58,030 bases of DNA from IMG/VR virus record IMGVR_UViG_3300031857_000212, positions 1 through 58,030 of that record. One strand, written 5' to 3'. The position numbers were made by a program, and so were the translations under genes. This document shows, piece by piece, positions 1-8,710 of this stretch. The notes beneath the pieces are model-generated. The model saw only the letters and a program-made list of their open reading frames with translations. It had not been told where the DNA came from and did no database searches. Within the stretch, counting starts at the first letter, position 1. Each line of letters begins with the position of its first letter. The stretch comes from a virus. Taxonomy: Duplodnaviria > Caudoviricetes.

Positions 1-2
1 CT

Positions 3-152
3 ATGGCTTCCACCATCTCTCATGCTGAGAACTCTATTACAGAAGTCTTACAGGATATAGAAGCATTCGGTTCTGTTGCTCAAAGGGAACTTGCACTGGA
101 TGCTCTGGATTGTTTGGAAAAGTTGTACATGTCTCTTAGGGATGAAGAATGA
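3..152 (+). CDS. hypothetical protein, possibly 5'-truncated by the window edge
   Basis: Open frame MASTISHAENS...SLRDEE* read from sequence; stop overlaps next ATG (ATGA). Confidence 0.5.
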   Translation: MASTISHAENSITEVLQDIEAFGSVAQRELALDALDCLEKLYMSLRDEE

Positions 153-256
153 TAGAAGCTATTTTCATTATTGTAGTCTTTGTTGTTATTGGTGTAAAGA
201 TACTAACAACAACATCAACACGATTTCGCCGATGGTTATACAAGGATAGTGTATGA
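149..256 (+). CDS. small membrane protein (35 aa, not in ORF track)
   Basis: MIEAIFIIVVFVVIGVKILTTTSTRFRRWLYKDSV*; one hydrophobic helix; ATGA overlaps at both ends. Confidence 0.55.
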   Translation: MIEAIFIIVVFVVIGVKILTTTSTRFRRWLYKDSV

Positions 257-489
257 ATGAACGAATTAAAGAACTTGCTGAACAAGCAGGATTTAATATG
301 CATAATGATCTTATTGATGGACATAACTTTAATTACGAAATTGAAAAGTTAGCCAATATCATTATACAGGAATGCATTGGTGTTGTAGAAAACCTTTCCC
401 CTGGATATAAAGACTATAGAGATCAGATTGAGGATGCGTTTCGCCGAGATTGTATAGAAGAAATTAAACATAAATTTGGGATAGAATGA
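253..489 (+). CDS. hypothetical phage protein (MNERIK family, paralog 1)
   Basis: ORF track; similar to next ORF (MNERIK...IIQEC...FGIE). Confidence 0.7.
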   Translation: MNERIKELAEQAGFNMHNDLIDGHNFNYEIEKLANIIIQECIGVVENLSPGYKDYRDQIEDAFRRDCIEEIKHKFGIE

Positions 490-701
490 ACGAACGTATT
501 AAACAATTTGCCGAACTATCCAAGTCATATAAAACAATGATAGTGGATGGTCAGATGCAATCTGTTTTACAAATAGATCCAGAAAGGTTTGCTGGTATGA
601 TTATACAGGAATGTGTTGATTTGATTGACACACTGAACGAAGCATATGATGCACCCAGTACTGCTGGAAAGTTTATTAAAGATCACTTTGGAATAGAATA
701 A
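486..701 (+). CDS. hypothetical phage protein (MNERIK family, paralog 2)
   Basis: ORF track; tandem paralog, ATGA overlap. Confidence 0.7.
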   Translation: MNERIKQFAELSKSYKTMIVDGQMQSVLQIDPERFAGMIIQECVDLIDTLNEAYDAPSTAGKFIKDHFGIE

Positions 702-1333
702 TGTTAGAAACAATATGTGATATTATGGTTGACGCTTACAAGCGTAATTGGATTACCTCTAGAGATGGTAATGTTAGTATTCGACATCATGATCGAGACC
801 ACTTTTACATCACTCCCTCTGGAGTACGTAAGCAAACATTACAACCTGATCAGTTTAAAAAGATTGGTCTTGGCAGTTCGTTATTAAGTCAGTACTGTAT
901 AGAATTGGATTACTCCGATATCAGTAGTAAACTAAAACCTTCTGGTGAATTACCCTTGCACTATGGATTACAAAAGAATATGGGTCAACACAGCGAAGAT
1001 GTTCGAGTTGTGGTGCATGTGCATCCTACCTATTGTATTGCAGCTATGCATGCTGGTATTGATCTCAGTAAGATTAGTGATTCGTTTCCAGAGTTGAATC
1101 GATATACAAAGGTAGCACCCAATGTGGGAGATGTTCCACCCATTAGTCAAGAATTAGCAGATCGTTGCCATGAAAACTTACAGCTAGATGACTACGGTAA
1201 TATCTCTTATGATATTGTTGGTATCAAAGGACATGGTGTAGTTGCCATAGATACTAGTCCATGGCGTGCATATGAGCACATAGAAAGATTAGAACACATT
1301 TGTAAAATCGTATTAGCATCGGGGAAATACTAA
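701..1333 (+). CDS. class II aldolase/adducin family protein (FucA/MtnB/AraD-like)
   Basis: GNVSIR, YITPSG, PSGELPLH, VHVHP metal-binding HxH, GHGVV motifs. Confidence 0.85.
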   Translation: MLETICDIMVDAYKRNWITSRDGNVSIRHHDRDHFYITPSGVRKQTLQPDQFKKIGLGSSLLSQYCIELDYSDISSKLKPSGELPLHYGLQKNMGQHSEDVRVVVHVHPTYCIAAMHAGIDLSKISDSFPELNRYTKVAPNVGDVPPISQELADRCHENLQLDDYGNISYDIVGIKGHGVVAIDTSPWRAYEHIERLEHICKIVLASGKY

Positions 1334-1527
1334 TGAAAGTATCCAGCATTGTCACTCATAATCTAGAGTTGGATCGTATGCAAAGAGTTCAGCTACAGGA
1401 TAAACGAGAAGAAGATTATCGCAAGGTAGTTGATAAACGAAACTTTGATAGAATTATTGCAGAGCGAGTCTCACGTAATATACGACTTGGTTTGGATAAA
1501 GGTCGTAATATAGATGTTGAATGTTAA
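1333..1527 (+). CDS. hypothetical protein
   Basis: ORF track, coupled to upstream stop. Confidence 0.6.
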   Translation: MKVSSIVTHNLELDRMQRVQLQDKREEDYRKVVDKRNFDRIIAERVSRNIRLGLDKGRNIDVEC

Positions 1528-1539
1528 TTTGGAGTTATT

Positions 1540-1785
1540 ATGAAACAATTAGGAATTGATTTTGAAACAGCGGATACGATCACACGATTGAATCTCACAG
1601 ATGCACGAGATTACATGAAGAATGAACTAAAACAATACTTTGATACAATGGAAACTGAGAATCCTTATTGGTTACATCCAGACGATGTGGTGAATAATCA
1701 AGTATTGATTATGCACATCGATGAAATCTTGAACTACTATGGTGGAGAATTATATGGCGAATGTAAAACAGGGCAACCTGACTAA
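1540..1785 (+). CDS. hypothetical protein
   Basis: ORF track; GGAG RBS upstream. Confidence 0.65.
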   Translation: MKQLGIDFETADTITRLNLTDARDYMKNELKQYFDTMETENPYWLHPDDVVNNQVLIMHIDEILNYYGGELYGECKTGQPD

Positions 1786-1888
1786 ATCACCTCAATGGTG
1801 GAAACATTTAAAGGACTGGAAACGTGTTTTTTGGAAAACGGAACGTAAGGCTCAAAAAGCCGATACCCAAGCTAGGCTACAAGACTAG
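1754..1888 (+). CDS. small basic Trp-rich protein (44 aa, not in ORF track)
   Basis: GGAG at 1744-1747; MANVKQGNLTKSPQWWKHLKDWKRVFWKTERKAQKADTQARLQD*. Confidence 0.6.
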   Translation: MANVKQGNLTKSPQWWKHLKDWKRVFWKTERKAQKADTQARLQD

Positions 1889-1899
1889 ACTAAAAACAT

Positions 1900-1928
1900 T
1901 TGCTTTGCAAAAGAAGCTAGAGTATAAT
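1900..1928 (+). promoter_or_regulatory. sigma70-type promoter, TTGCAA class
   Basis: TTGCTT-TGCAA, 17-nt spacer, TATAAT; one of five similar copies. Confidence 0.7.
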
Positions 1929-2044
1929 AGTTCTTATCGGTCATACTACTTGGAAGCTGCAACTAAGCAGATCGGTGTGGCACTAACTATGATATGGAAT
2001 GGAGTGATTCTCAATAAAGGGCATCACTCGCATTGGAAAAAGAA

Positions 2045-2191
2045 ATGAGTGATGAAGAAGTATTAAAACTCTACCAAGAGTTAGAAGATCACTATGGTGA
2101 TAATCTTCCTAACTTTGAACATTATCCAAAACAATTTACATATTGTGTGAAGTTATATCGATATTATAAGGAACAAAATGCAGGGAATTAA
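2045..2191 (+). CDS. small hypothetical phage protein (48 aa, not in ORF track)
   Basis: MSDEEVLKLYQELEDHYGDNLPNFEHYPKQFTYCVKLYRYYKEQNAGN*; fills the gap and overlaps next start. Confidence 0.65.
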   Translation: MSDEEVLKLYQELEDHYGDNLPNFEHYPKQFTYCVKLYRYYKEQNAGN

Positions 2192-2750
2192 ACTTTTTCA
2201 CTCGTGCTTATTTACAGATAAGCTAGAAATCCCAGCTGGCTTGGATACTCATATTTTATCTGTAATGGAGAATGATAACTCTGATGTTGCTATATCAAAT
2301 AGAGGTGGGTGGCAAAGTCCAGCATTCACAGACCCTAATATTACATTTGCAGAAAACATATTTGACGAAATTAAAATCAGAGTAACATCTGCGTTTAGAG
2401 AATATGGCATTAATAAAAGCCCAGTTCTTTCTAACTATTGGTTTAATGTAAATCCAAAATATAGTTGGAACATGGTCCATGAACATCCATTTTCTCTTAT
2501 ATCTGCAGTTTTATACGTTCGTGCACCCAATAACTGTGGTAATCTTATATTCTCTCGTCAAGACCTGTTACCTCATTACATTATTCCAAATGAAATAAAT
2601 GATAATAACTGGCCAAGTTATTGGGTTAAACCAATTCAAGGAACTCTGCTGCTATTTCCTTCTTATATGTCACACCATGTTGAACAAAATTTATCAGAAG
2701 ACGAAGATCCAACAAGAATCTCTATTGCGCTTAATTACATTGGAGCATAA
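2178..2750 (+). CDS. putative 2OG-Fe(II) oxygenase (TIGR02466-like)
   Basis: SNRGGWQS, WFNVN, HEH, LLLFPSYMSHHV, RISIALN motifs. Confidence 0.85.
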   Translation: MQGIKLFHSCLFTDKLEIPAGLDTHILSVMENDNSDVAISNRGGWQSPAFTDPNITFAENIFDEIKIRVTSAFREYGINKSPVLSNYWFNVNPKYSWNMVHEHPFSLISAVLYVRAPNNCGNLIFSRQDLLPHYIIPNEINDNNWPSYWVKPIQGTLLLFPSYMSHHVEQNLSEDEDPTRISIALNYIGA

Positions 2751-2752
2751 TT

Positions 2753-3331
2753 ATGATTGAGATGTGGTTTCCAACTCTAATTGATATTAGTCATTTAGAT
2801 CAATTTAAACCGAATAATGATTCTTATGCGCAGTGTGTGTATAATGTAAGAGACAATTCACCAAAAAGAAATGTCCAGTGGAAGTGTGATACCTTTAGCA
2901 CTTTGAATCTATACGATATGAAATCTGATCCTTTATTTGCAGATTTGATTTCTGCATGTGCGTCACAGGTAAAAATATTCGCCAGAGAATATGGTGTTGA
3001 TTCAGATCCAGTTTGTATTGACTCTTGGTTAAATTTAGCACCACCAAAAGAGTATCAAGAATATCATATGCACGCTAAGTCGCACTTTAGTGTTGTTTAC
3101 TATGTTAAAACTCCTAAGGATTGTGGCAACCTTTCTTTTAGAAGTTCAGAAGCTAATACAGATATGTTTCCTCTTCCTGCTTCTGTTTCTGTTCCAGCAA
3201 ACTATAAAACGTGCACCTACACCCCACAAGAATCTATGCTTGTGATTTTTAGATCTAATCTACTTCACATGGTTGAGAAAAACAAAAGTGATGAAGATAG
3301 AATTAGCATTTCAATAAATTTTAATGTTTGA
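2753..3331 (+). CDS. putative 2OG-Fe(II) oxygenase (TIGR02466-like)
   Basis: WLN, HMH, FSVVYYV, IFRSNLLHMV, RISISINF. Confidence 0.85.
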   Translation: MIEMWFPTLIDISHLDQFKPNNDSYAQCVYNVRDNSPKRNVQWKCDTFSTLNLYDMKSDPLFADLISACASQVKIFAREYGVDSDPVCIDSWLNLAPPKEYQEYHMHAKSHFSVVYYVKTPKDCGNLSFRSSEANTDMFPLPASVSVPANYKTCTYTPQESMLVIFRSNLLHMVEKNKSDEDRISISINFNV

Positions 3332-3338
3332 TAATAAA

Positions 3339-4265
3339 ATGAAGATAGCAATTTGCAGTGATTTGCACTTGGAGTTTGGTGGATTGTCCATAAAGAATCC
3401 AGGTGACGTAGAAGTCCTGATTCTTTCAGGCGACATTCTGGTTGAAAATGATCTTGACATCTATGATCGTCGTCAAGACGAAATGGGTTTCATGCGTGGA
3501 AAGTCTCGAGTGTATCACGACTTCTTTCATGAAGTATGCGCAGAATTCCCACATGTAATTTACGTTGCAGGTAATCATGAATCGTATCATGGTGACATTG
3601 CCAACACTTACAGTGAACTGAAGCGTAAGTTGGGTCATAATAAAAATCTACACATCCTAGATCGAGAAACATTCGAGTTGGGTGATCATGTATTCATTGG
3701 TTCTACTTTGTGGACTGATATGAACCGCAATGATCCAATGACACTTGAGTACATCCGTCACTCTATGAATGACTTTAAAATCATTGCAAACTCTGCTCGT
3801 AAAGTTTACCGTAAAGTTCCTTTGTATAAGAAGGATGCTGATGGTAACTACGAAAAAAATGAACAAGGATATAATATCGATATTGGCATGAAATTGAAAG
3901 AAGAAGATTCTACCTTCTCTCCACAGGATGCCGTTGATGCACACATTAAGTGTTTGGCGTATATCGATCATATGTACTCTGAGACTTCACCATGGAAGAC
4001 TGTTATTGTAGTTGGTCATCATACACCTTCTACCAAATCATGTCATCCACGTTATGCTCACGACTCATTGATGAATGGTGGATATCATAGCGATCTTTCT
4101 GAGTTTATTCTTGATCGTCCAGGAATCAAATTGTGGACTCATGGACATACTCATGAAGACTTTGATTATATGATTGGTGAGTGTCGTGTTGTTTGTAACC
4201 CTCGTGGTTATATTAAATACGAACCACGTGCCGATAATTTTACATTAAAGGTTGTTGAAGTATGA
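3339..4265 (+). CDS. calcineurin-like metallophosphoesterase
   Basis: SDLHLE, LSGDI, AGNHE, GHHTP, HGHTH, CNPRGY; start moved to MKIAICSD. Confidence 0.9.
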   Translation: MKIAICSDLHLEFGGLSIKNPGDVEVLILSGDILVENDLDIYDRRQDEMGFMRGKSRVYHDFFHEVCAEFPHVIYVAGNHESYHGDIANTYSELKRKLGHNKNLHILDRETFELGDHVFIGSTLWTDMNRNDPMTLEYIRHSMNDFKIIANSARKVYRKVPLYKKDADGNYEKNEQGYNIDIGMKLKEEDSTFSPQDAVDAHIKCLAYIDHMYSETSPWKTVIVVGHHTPSTKSCHPRYAHDSLMNGGYHSDLSEFILDRPGIKLWTHGHTHEDFDYMIGECRVVCNPRGYIKYEPRADNFTLKVVEV

Positions 4266-4447
4266 GTGCGTTAAAAACTATTTCGGAGTATTATTCTGAA
4301 GACTCAAATAAACGTGCAGTCGTTATGAAAGATCTGACATTGGGTAATTACCGAGTTGTTGTCACCAATGACTCTGGTAGTTCTTTTTCAACCAGCTTTG
4401 ATACTTTAGAACATGCAGAAACTTACGCAGAGGATTGGGTATTATGA
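4262..4447 (+). CDS. hypothetical protein
   Basis: ORF track; ATGA overlap. Confidence 0.65.
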   Translation: MSALKTISEYYSEDSNKRAVVMKDLTLGNYRVVVTNDSGSSFSTSFDTLEHAETYAEDWVL

Positions 4448-4647
4448 CAACATGGACTATTACACTTGAAGAAGCAGATGATGGTAGTGGTGATTTAGTT
4501 ATGCCATTACCTCAAGATTTACTAGATGGTGCTGGATGGAAAGAAGGCGACGTTCTTACATGGACTGATAATAAAGATGGTACATGGAGTCTTTCAAAAC
4601 AACAAGAACATAGTAAGTACTATTATGATACGGACAGAAACAGATGA
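4444..4647 (+). CDS. AbrB/MazE-like small protein
   Basis: DGSGDLVMPLPQDLLDGAGWKEGDVLTW resembles swapped-hairpin AbrB pattern; start at ATG 4444. Confidence 0.65.
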   Translation: MTTWTITLEEADDGSGDLVMPLPQDLLDGAGWKEGDVLTWTDNKDGTWSLSKQQEHSKYYYDTDRNR

Positions 4648-4784
4648 CTGAACCAGTAGAAACAAACGTGTGTGAATATGCAGAAACTGCACTTGAGCAT
4701 TATATGAAAAAGTGCTTTAACCTTGAGGAAGAAAACAAGGAATTAAAAGCACAAATTAAAAAACTATTAAGGATGATAGAATAA
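4644..4784 (+). CDS. small coiled-coil protein (46 aa, not in ORF track)
   Basis: MTEPVETNVC...LEEENKELKAQIKKLLRMIE*; overlaps both neighbours. Confidence 0.55.
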   Translation: MTEPVETNVCEYAETALEHYMKKCFNLEEENKELKAQIKKLLRMIE

Positions 4785-5155
4785 TGAGTAAAACTTTTAC
4801 AGATGTTTCAGTATTTTTAGCAGCTTGCGGACAGAACCATGCATCAACTCCTGTTCCACGAAATACACTGTCAGCGTTATACAAGAAATTGATTGATGAA
4901 GAATATCAAGAGTTTCTAGATGCCTATGAAGATTTAGATGATGCTGAACAACTTGATGCATGCTTTGATATGATGTGGGTTATTATTGGTTATATGAAAT
5001 CTCGTGGTTGGGATTGTGAAGGTGCATGGGATGAAGGTGCTAAAAGCAATCTCTCTAAAATTGACCATATTACTGGTAAGGTTATTCGTCGTGAAGATGG
5101 AAAGATCCTTAAACCAGAGGGTTGGAAGCCACCAGATTTCTCAAAATTCGTTTGA
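4784..5155 (+). CDS. MazG-like / PRA-PH-like NTP pyrophosphohydrolase
   Basis: LIDEEYQEF, LDACFD, SNLSK, REDGKILKPEGWKPPD. Confidence 0.85.
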   Translation: MSKTFTDVSVFLAACGQNHASTPVPRNTLSALYKKLIDEEYQEFLDAYEDLDDAEQLDACFDMMWVIIGYMKSRGWDCEGAWDEGAKSNLSKIDHITGKVIRREDGKILKPEGWKPPDFSKFV

Positions 5156-5180
5156 CTTGCAACTTTATTTGAGGTATAAT
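5152..5180 (+). promoter_or_regulatory. sigma70-type promoter, TTGCAA class (leaderless)
   Basis: TTGACT-TGCAA, 17-nt spacer, TATAAT; ATG 6 nt downstream. Confidence 0.8.
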
Positions 5181-5186
5181 TATACT

Positions 5187-5687
5187 ATGAATACTGATAT
5201 TACACTCTACCTCGACATGGATGGTGTACTCGCTGATTTTAACAAAGAGTACACCAAATACGATCCACAAAAAGAAGACCGAAAGAAATTTCGTGACTCT
5301 GTATTAACGCATAAGATTTTTGAGAAACTAGATTTTATGCCTGATACGCAAGTGCTTCTCAATCACGTATCTCTATTAAATGGGGTACGTATTGAGATTC
5401 TTACATCCATGGGAACTCATGAGCCATTTCAAGCCAATGAAGCAAAGTCCCAAAAACAAAGATGGCTTGACAAACATAACATTCCATACAAAGCTAATTT
5501 TGTTCATAGCAAACAAGAGAAAGCTAAGTATGCGACACCTACATCAATATTGATTGATGACTCTGTTGGTTGTATTGATCCATTCAATAAAGCAGGTGGA
5601 TGGGGACTACTACATGAGTATTCCGTGAATACTATTCACACTCTTGACCACACAATTCTAAAAATACGTGCAATGACTCATGCTTGA
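5187..5687 (+). CDS. HAD-family 5'(3')-deoxyribonucleotidase-like protein
   Basis: LDMDGVLADF, ILTS, ILIDD motifs; start reassigned to 5187. Confidence 0.85.
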   Translation: MNTDITLYLDMDGVLADFNKEYTKYDPQKEDRKKFRDSVLTHKIFEKLDFMPDTQVLLNHVSLLNGVRIEILTSMGTHEPFQANEAKSQKQRWLDKHNIPYKANFVHSKQEKAKYATPTSILIDDSVGCIDPFNKAGGWGLLHEYSVNTIHTLDHTILKIRAMTHA

Positions 5688-5964
5688 TATATTTCAACCC
5701 ACTTTACAATGGATTAAAGATGATTTTAAGTCTAACAGAATTCGCTTTGCTGTTGAGCTTCTTGCTTGGGCTATTAGCATTGGGTGCTCGATTACTATGG
5801 CACTCACAGTCCCCAACCCTCCTCTACTGGCTCTTTATCCCGTTTGGATCCTTGGCTGTGCTTTGTATGCTTGGGCTAGTTGGACTAGGAAATCTTTTGG
5901 CATGCTCGCTAACTACATTCTGTTAACAACTATTGATACAATTGGTTTAATTAGAATGCTATGA
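5680..5964 (+). CDS. small multi-pass membrane protein
   Basis: Three hydrophobic segments. Confidence 0.7.
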   Translation: MLDIFQPTLQWIKDDFKSNRIRFAVELLAWAISIGCSITMALTVPNPPLLALYPVWILGCALYAWASWTRKSFGMLANYILLTTIDTIGLIRML

Positions 5965-6428
5965 GATTAGTTGAACTTACCTTACCAGAAAATTTCGTCA
6001 ATAATGTTTTATCATTACGTGGTGTGGCTGAATGTGTTAAACGAAGTAATAAAGGTGGATGGCAAAGTGATCGTTGTAATCAAAAAACATATCCATGGGC
6101 AGCAGAAATTATAGATCAAGTTCAAGCTGCAGCTGGTGTTGCTGGAGATATAACTTACTGGTATAATATCAATACTGGCAGTGATTATAATGAGTGGCAT
6201 GATCATGATAAAGGTGCTACTGATGAAATGTGTGGAGTCCTTTATCTTCAAGTTCCAGAAAATGCTGGTAGCTTTGAGTATGAAATTAAAAAAGAAATCT
6301 TTCAAGTTAAACCCCATGCAGGGTTGTTACTATTATTTCCTGATGATTTAATGCATCGTGTTTTACCGAACGATGGTGATGGTGAGAGAGTCTCAATGGC
6401 TTTTAATTTTTGGAAAATGTTAAAGTGA
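5961..6428 (+). CDS. putative 2OG-Fe(II) oxygenase
   Basis: SNKGGWQS, WYNIN, HDH, LLLFPDDLMHRV, RVSMAFN. Confidence 0.85.
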   Translation: MRLVELTLPENFVNNVLSLRGVAECVKRSNKGGWQSDRCNQKTYPWAAEIIDQVQAAAGVAGDITYWYNINTGSDYNEWHDHDKGATDEMCGVLYLQVPENAGSFEYEIKKEIFQVKPHAGLLLLFPDDLMHRVLPNDGDGERVSMAFNFWKMLK

Positions 6429-7036
6429 ATATATTTTATCTCCACGAAGATACTAAGGAATGTGCAAAACAACATCTCGACAAACATGTCGTTAAGATGA
6501 TTTTGGAATACGCACAACTTCTTTCTACTGCTCATCGTCTTCTTGATGGTTATGAGTATGAGGGTAAGTCCATTTCTGGTCGTAAAGCCATGAGATGGAA
6601 ATTAGATGATTCTCGTGAAGATAATTTGTATATGGCATCACATATGAAACATCCATCTGGAATTTGGTGTCGACAGTCAATAGATAATTACTGGTGGCTG
6701 TATAATCTATGGCGAGATCTTATGGTAGAATATACATTCCGTTATGGAAAACATCATGTTGCAGAAAGATTGATTCCATTTTTGTCTCATGCTCCAACTA
6801 ATATATCAGACAATATTGCAACACCAATGCCACAGTGTATGCCAGAGCAATATAAAGTAGTTGGTGATTCTATCCAAGCATACCATAACTATTACATTAA
6901 TGATAAACAGCCATTTGCTGTTTGGACAAATAGACCAATCCCAAGCTGGTTCGTATCTGCTTGGCGTGGTAAAAGCCACAAGGCTATTGCTTTAGTAGCT
7001 GAAAATAAAGTAAAATTCAAAATGATTCCAGCATAG
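6425..7036 (+). CDS. pyrimidine-dimer DNA glycosylase family (endonuclease V-like)
   Basis: NIFYL, DKHVVKMILEYAQLLSTAH, HP..IW, EYTFRYGKHH, QCMP; GTG start at 6425. Confidence 0.8.
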   Translation: MNIFYLHEDTKECAKQHLDKHVVKMILEYAQLLSTAHRLLDGYEYEGKSISGRKAMRWKLDDSREDNLYMASHMKHPSGIWCRQSIDNYWWLYNLWRDLMVEYTFRYGKHHVAERLIPFLSHAPTNISDNIATPMPQCMPEQYKVVGDSIQAYHNYYINDKQPFAVWTNRPIPSWFVSAWRGKSHKAIALVAENKVKFKMIPA

Positions 7037-7044
7037 TTATTTTG

Positions 7045-7051
7045 CTAAATA
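7045..7051 (+). promoter_or_regulatory. candidate T4-type late promoter (CTAAATA)
   Basis: Variant of TATAAATA just upstream of a GAGGAG RBS. Confidence 0.5.
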
Positions 7052-7066
7052 CAAAGAGGAGATATT

Positions 7067-7309
7067 ATGCCATCGTATGATTTTAGAAACAAAGACACTG
7101 GTGAAGTGTTCGGAAGAATTATGAAAATTGCTGAGAAAGAGCAATATCTTATTGACAATCCCAATATCGAACAAGCATTGCTTAGCGCACCTGCATTCAC
7201 TGGCGACCATATTGTCCTTAAAAAGGATACAGGATTTAAGGAGGTGCTGCAGAAGATTCACGAAAAGACTCCAGGAAGTAATTTAAATAATTTCTCATCA
7301 CAAATATAA
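7067..7309 (+). CDS. FmdB-like small regulatory protein (Cys-less variant)
   Basis: MPSYDF...TGEVF start and GFKEVLQKI tail; directly upstream of phoH. Confidence 0.65.
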   Translation: MPSYDFRNKDTGEVFGRIMKIAEKEQYLIDNPNIEQALLSAPAFTGDHIVLKKDTGFKEVLQKIHEKTPGSNLNNFSSQI

Positions 7310-7318
7310 GGGTAACTA

Positions 7319-8089
7319 ATGGCTCGAGCAACAGCAAAGAAAATAGCACCTGATAATGTACAATGTGAGCCATCTGCTAGATCAGCAACCAAAACAATAA
7401 ACAATCACTTAAAATTAAGACTTGATGACTTAAAAACATTTCAACCATTAACAGATAATCAAAAGATTTTCTTTGATGCATACAAACGTGGTGATTATTT
7501 CGTAGCATTACATGGAGTTGCGGGAACAGGAAAAACCTTCTGTGCTTTATACAAAGCAATTGAAGAAGTAATGGATAAAGGAAATCCATTTGACAAAATT
7601 ATTGTAGTACGTTCTGCCGTACAATCACGTGAGATGGGGCATCTTCCAGGAGACGTTAATGAGAAGATGGAAATTTACCAACAACCATATCGTCAAATAT
7701 GCGACACCTTATTTGGTCGCAAAGATGCATGGGATCGTTTAGAAGAACAAGGACATATCCAGTTTATTTCTACATCGTTTATTCGTGGTATGTCATTCGA
7801 TGATGCAATCATTATCGTTGACGAAATGCAGAACTTAACATTTGAAGAGATCGACACAGTTATGACTCGTGTTGGTTATCGTTCTAAGATCATTTGGTGT
7901 GGCGATTATCGTCAGACAGATCTAAATAAGAAGAAGAACGATATGTCTGGAATTCTGAAATTTTTTGATATTGCCCATCACATGGGTGCTTTTACTCGAG
8001 TTGAATTTACTCCCGACGATATCGTACGCAGTTCTCTTGTTAAGGATTATATCCTAGCAAAACTAAAATACGAAGACATAGGAGATTAA
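7319..8089 (+). CDS. phoH: PhoH-like ATPase
   Basis: Walker A GVAGTGKT, GHLPG, FIRGMSF, IIVDEMQN, GDYRQTD, DIVRS. Confidence 0.95.
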   Translation: MARATAKKIAPDNVQCEPSARSATKTINNHLKLRLDDLKTFQPLTDNQKIFFDAYKRGDYFVALHGVAGTGKTFCALYKAIEEVMDKGNPFDKIIVVRSAVQSREMGHLPGDVNEKMEIYQQPYRQICDTLFGRKDAWDRLEEQGHIQFISTSFIRGMSFDDAIIIVDEMQNLTFEEIDTVMTRVGYRSKIIWCGDYRQTDLNKKKNDMSGILKFFDIAHHMGAFTRVEFTPDDIVRSSLVKDYILAKLKYEDIGD

Positions 8090-8710
8090 ATGATTACCTC
8101 AAGCCAATTTGCACATCTATTCCCAAGGGCACAAGACCCACAGGGTTGGGTCGATGCAATGAATAATGTATTCCCAACATATAACATTGATACACCACAA
8201 CGCATTGCAGCATTCCTTGCTCAGTGCGGACATGAGTCTGGTGGTTGGACGACATTTGAAGAAAACCTTAATTACTCTGCACAGGGATTAAATGGTATCT
8301 TTAAAAAGTATTTCCCTACACTTGAGTCAGCACAACCTTATGCACGCAAGCCAGAAATGATTGCCAATAAAGTTTATGGTGGTCGTATGGGTAATGGACC
8401 AGAGTCTTCAGGTGATGGATGGAAATATCGTGGACGTGGTCCGATTCAATTAACTGGTAAAGCAAACTATATGGCGTTTGCCAAAGAAATGTTTGATGAC
8501 TGGCAAAACATATTTGAAAATCCAGATTGGGTTACTGCAGATCGTGACTTTGCTTTAATGTCAGCTATCTGGTTTTGGAATAAAAACGGATTAAACAAAG
8601 AAGCGGACTCTGGTGATATTAAAACCATGACACGTAAGATTAATGGTGGCTTCATTGGGTTGGAGGATCGCATCAAACATTACAATGAAGCGATTCACCT
8701 TCTAACTTAA
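8090..8710 (+). CDS. glycoside hydrolase family 19 endolysin
   Basis: FLAQCGHES, EENLNYS, YRGRGPIQLTGKANY, SAIWFW, INGG..GLEDR. Confidence 0.92.
   Translation: MITSSQFAHLFPRAQDPQGWVDAMNNVFPTYNIDTPQRIAAFLAQCGHESGGWTTFEENLNYSAQGLNGIFKKYFPTLESAQPYARKPEMIANKVYGGRMGNGPESSGDGWKYRGRGPIQLTGKANYMAFAKEMFDDWQNIFENPDWVTADRDFALMSAIWFWNKNGLNKEADSGDIKTMTRKINGGFIGLEDRIKHYNEAIHLLT

Noticed and set aside
1824-2048. 74-aa ORF in the track
   Set aside because: GTG start without RBS; spans a clear promoter; better-supported small ORFs flank it (1754-1888, 2045-2191)
5004-5186. N-terminal extensions of ORFs 5004-5687, 12501-12836 and 15060-15461
   Set aside because: Extensions overlap upstream genes, promoters or structured leaders; domain or RBS evidence favours starts at 5187, 12564 and 15114
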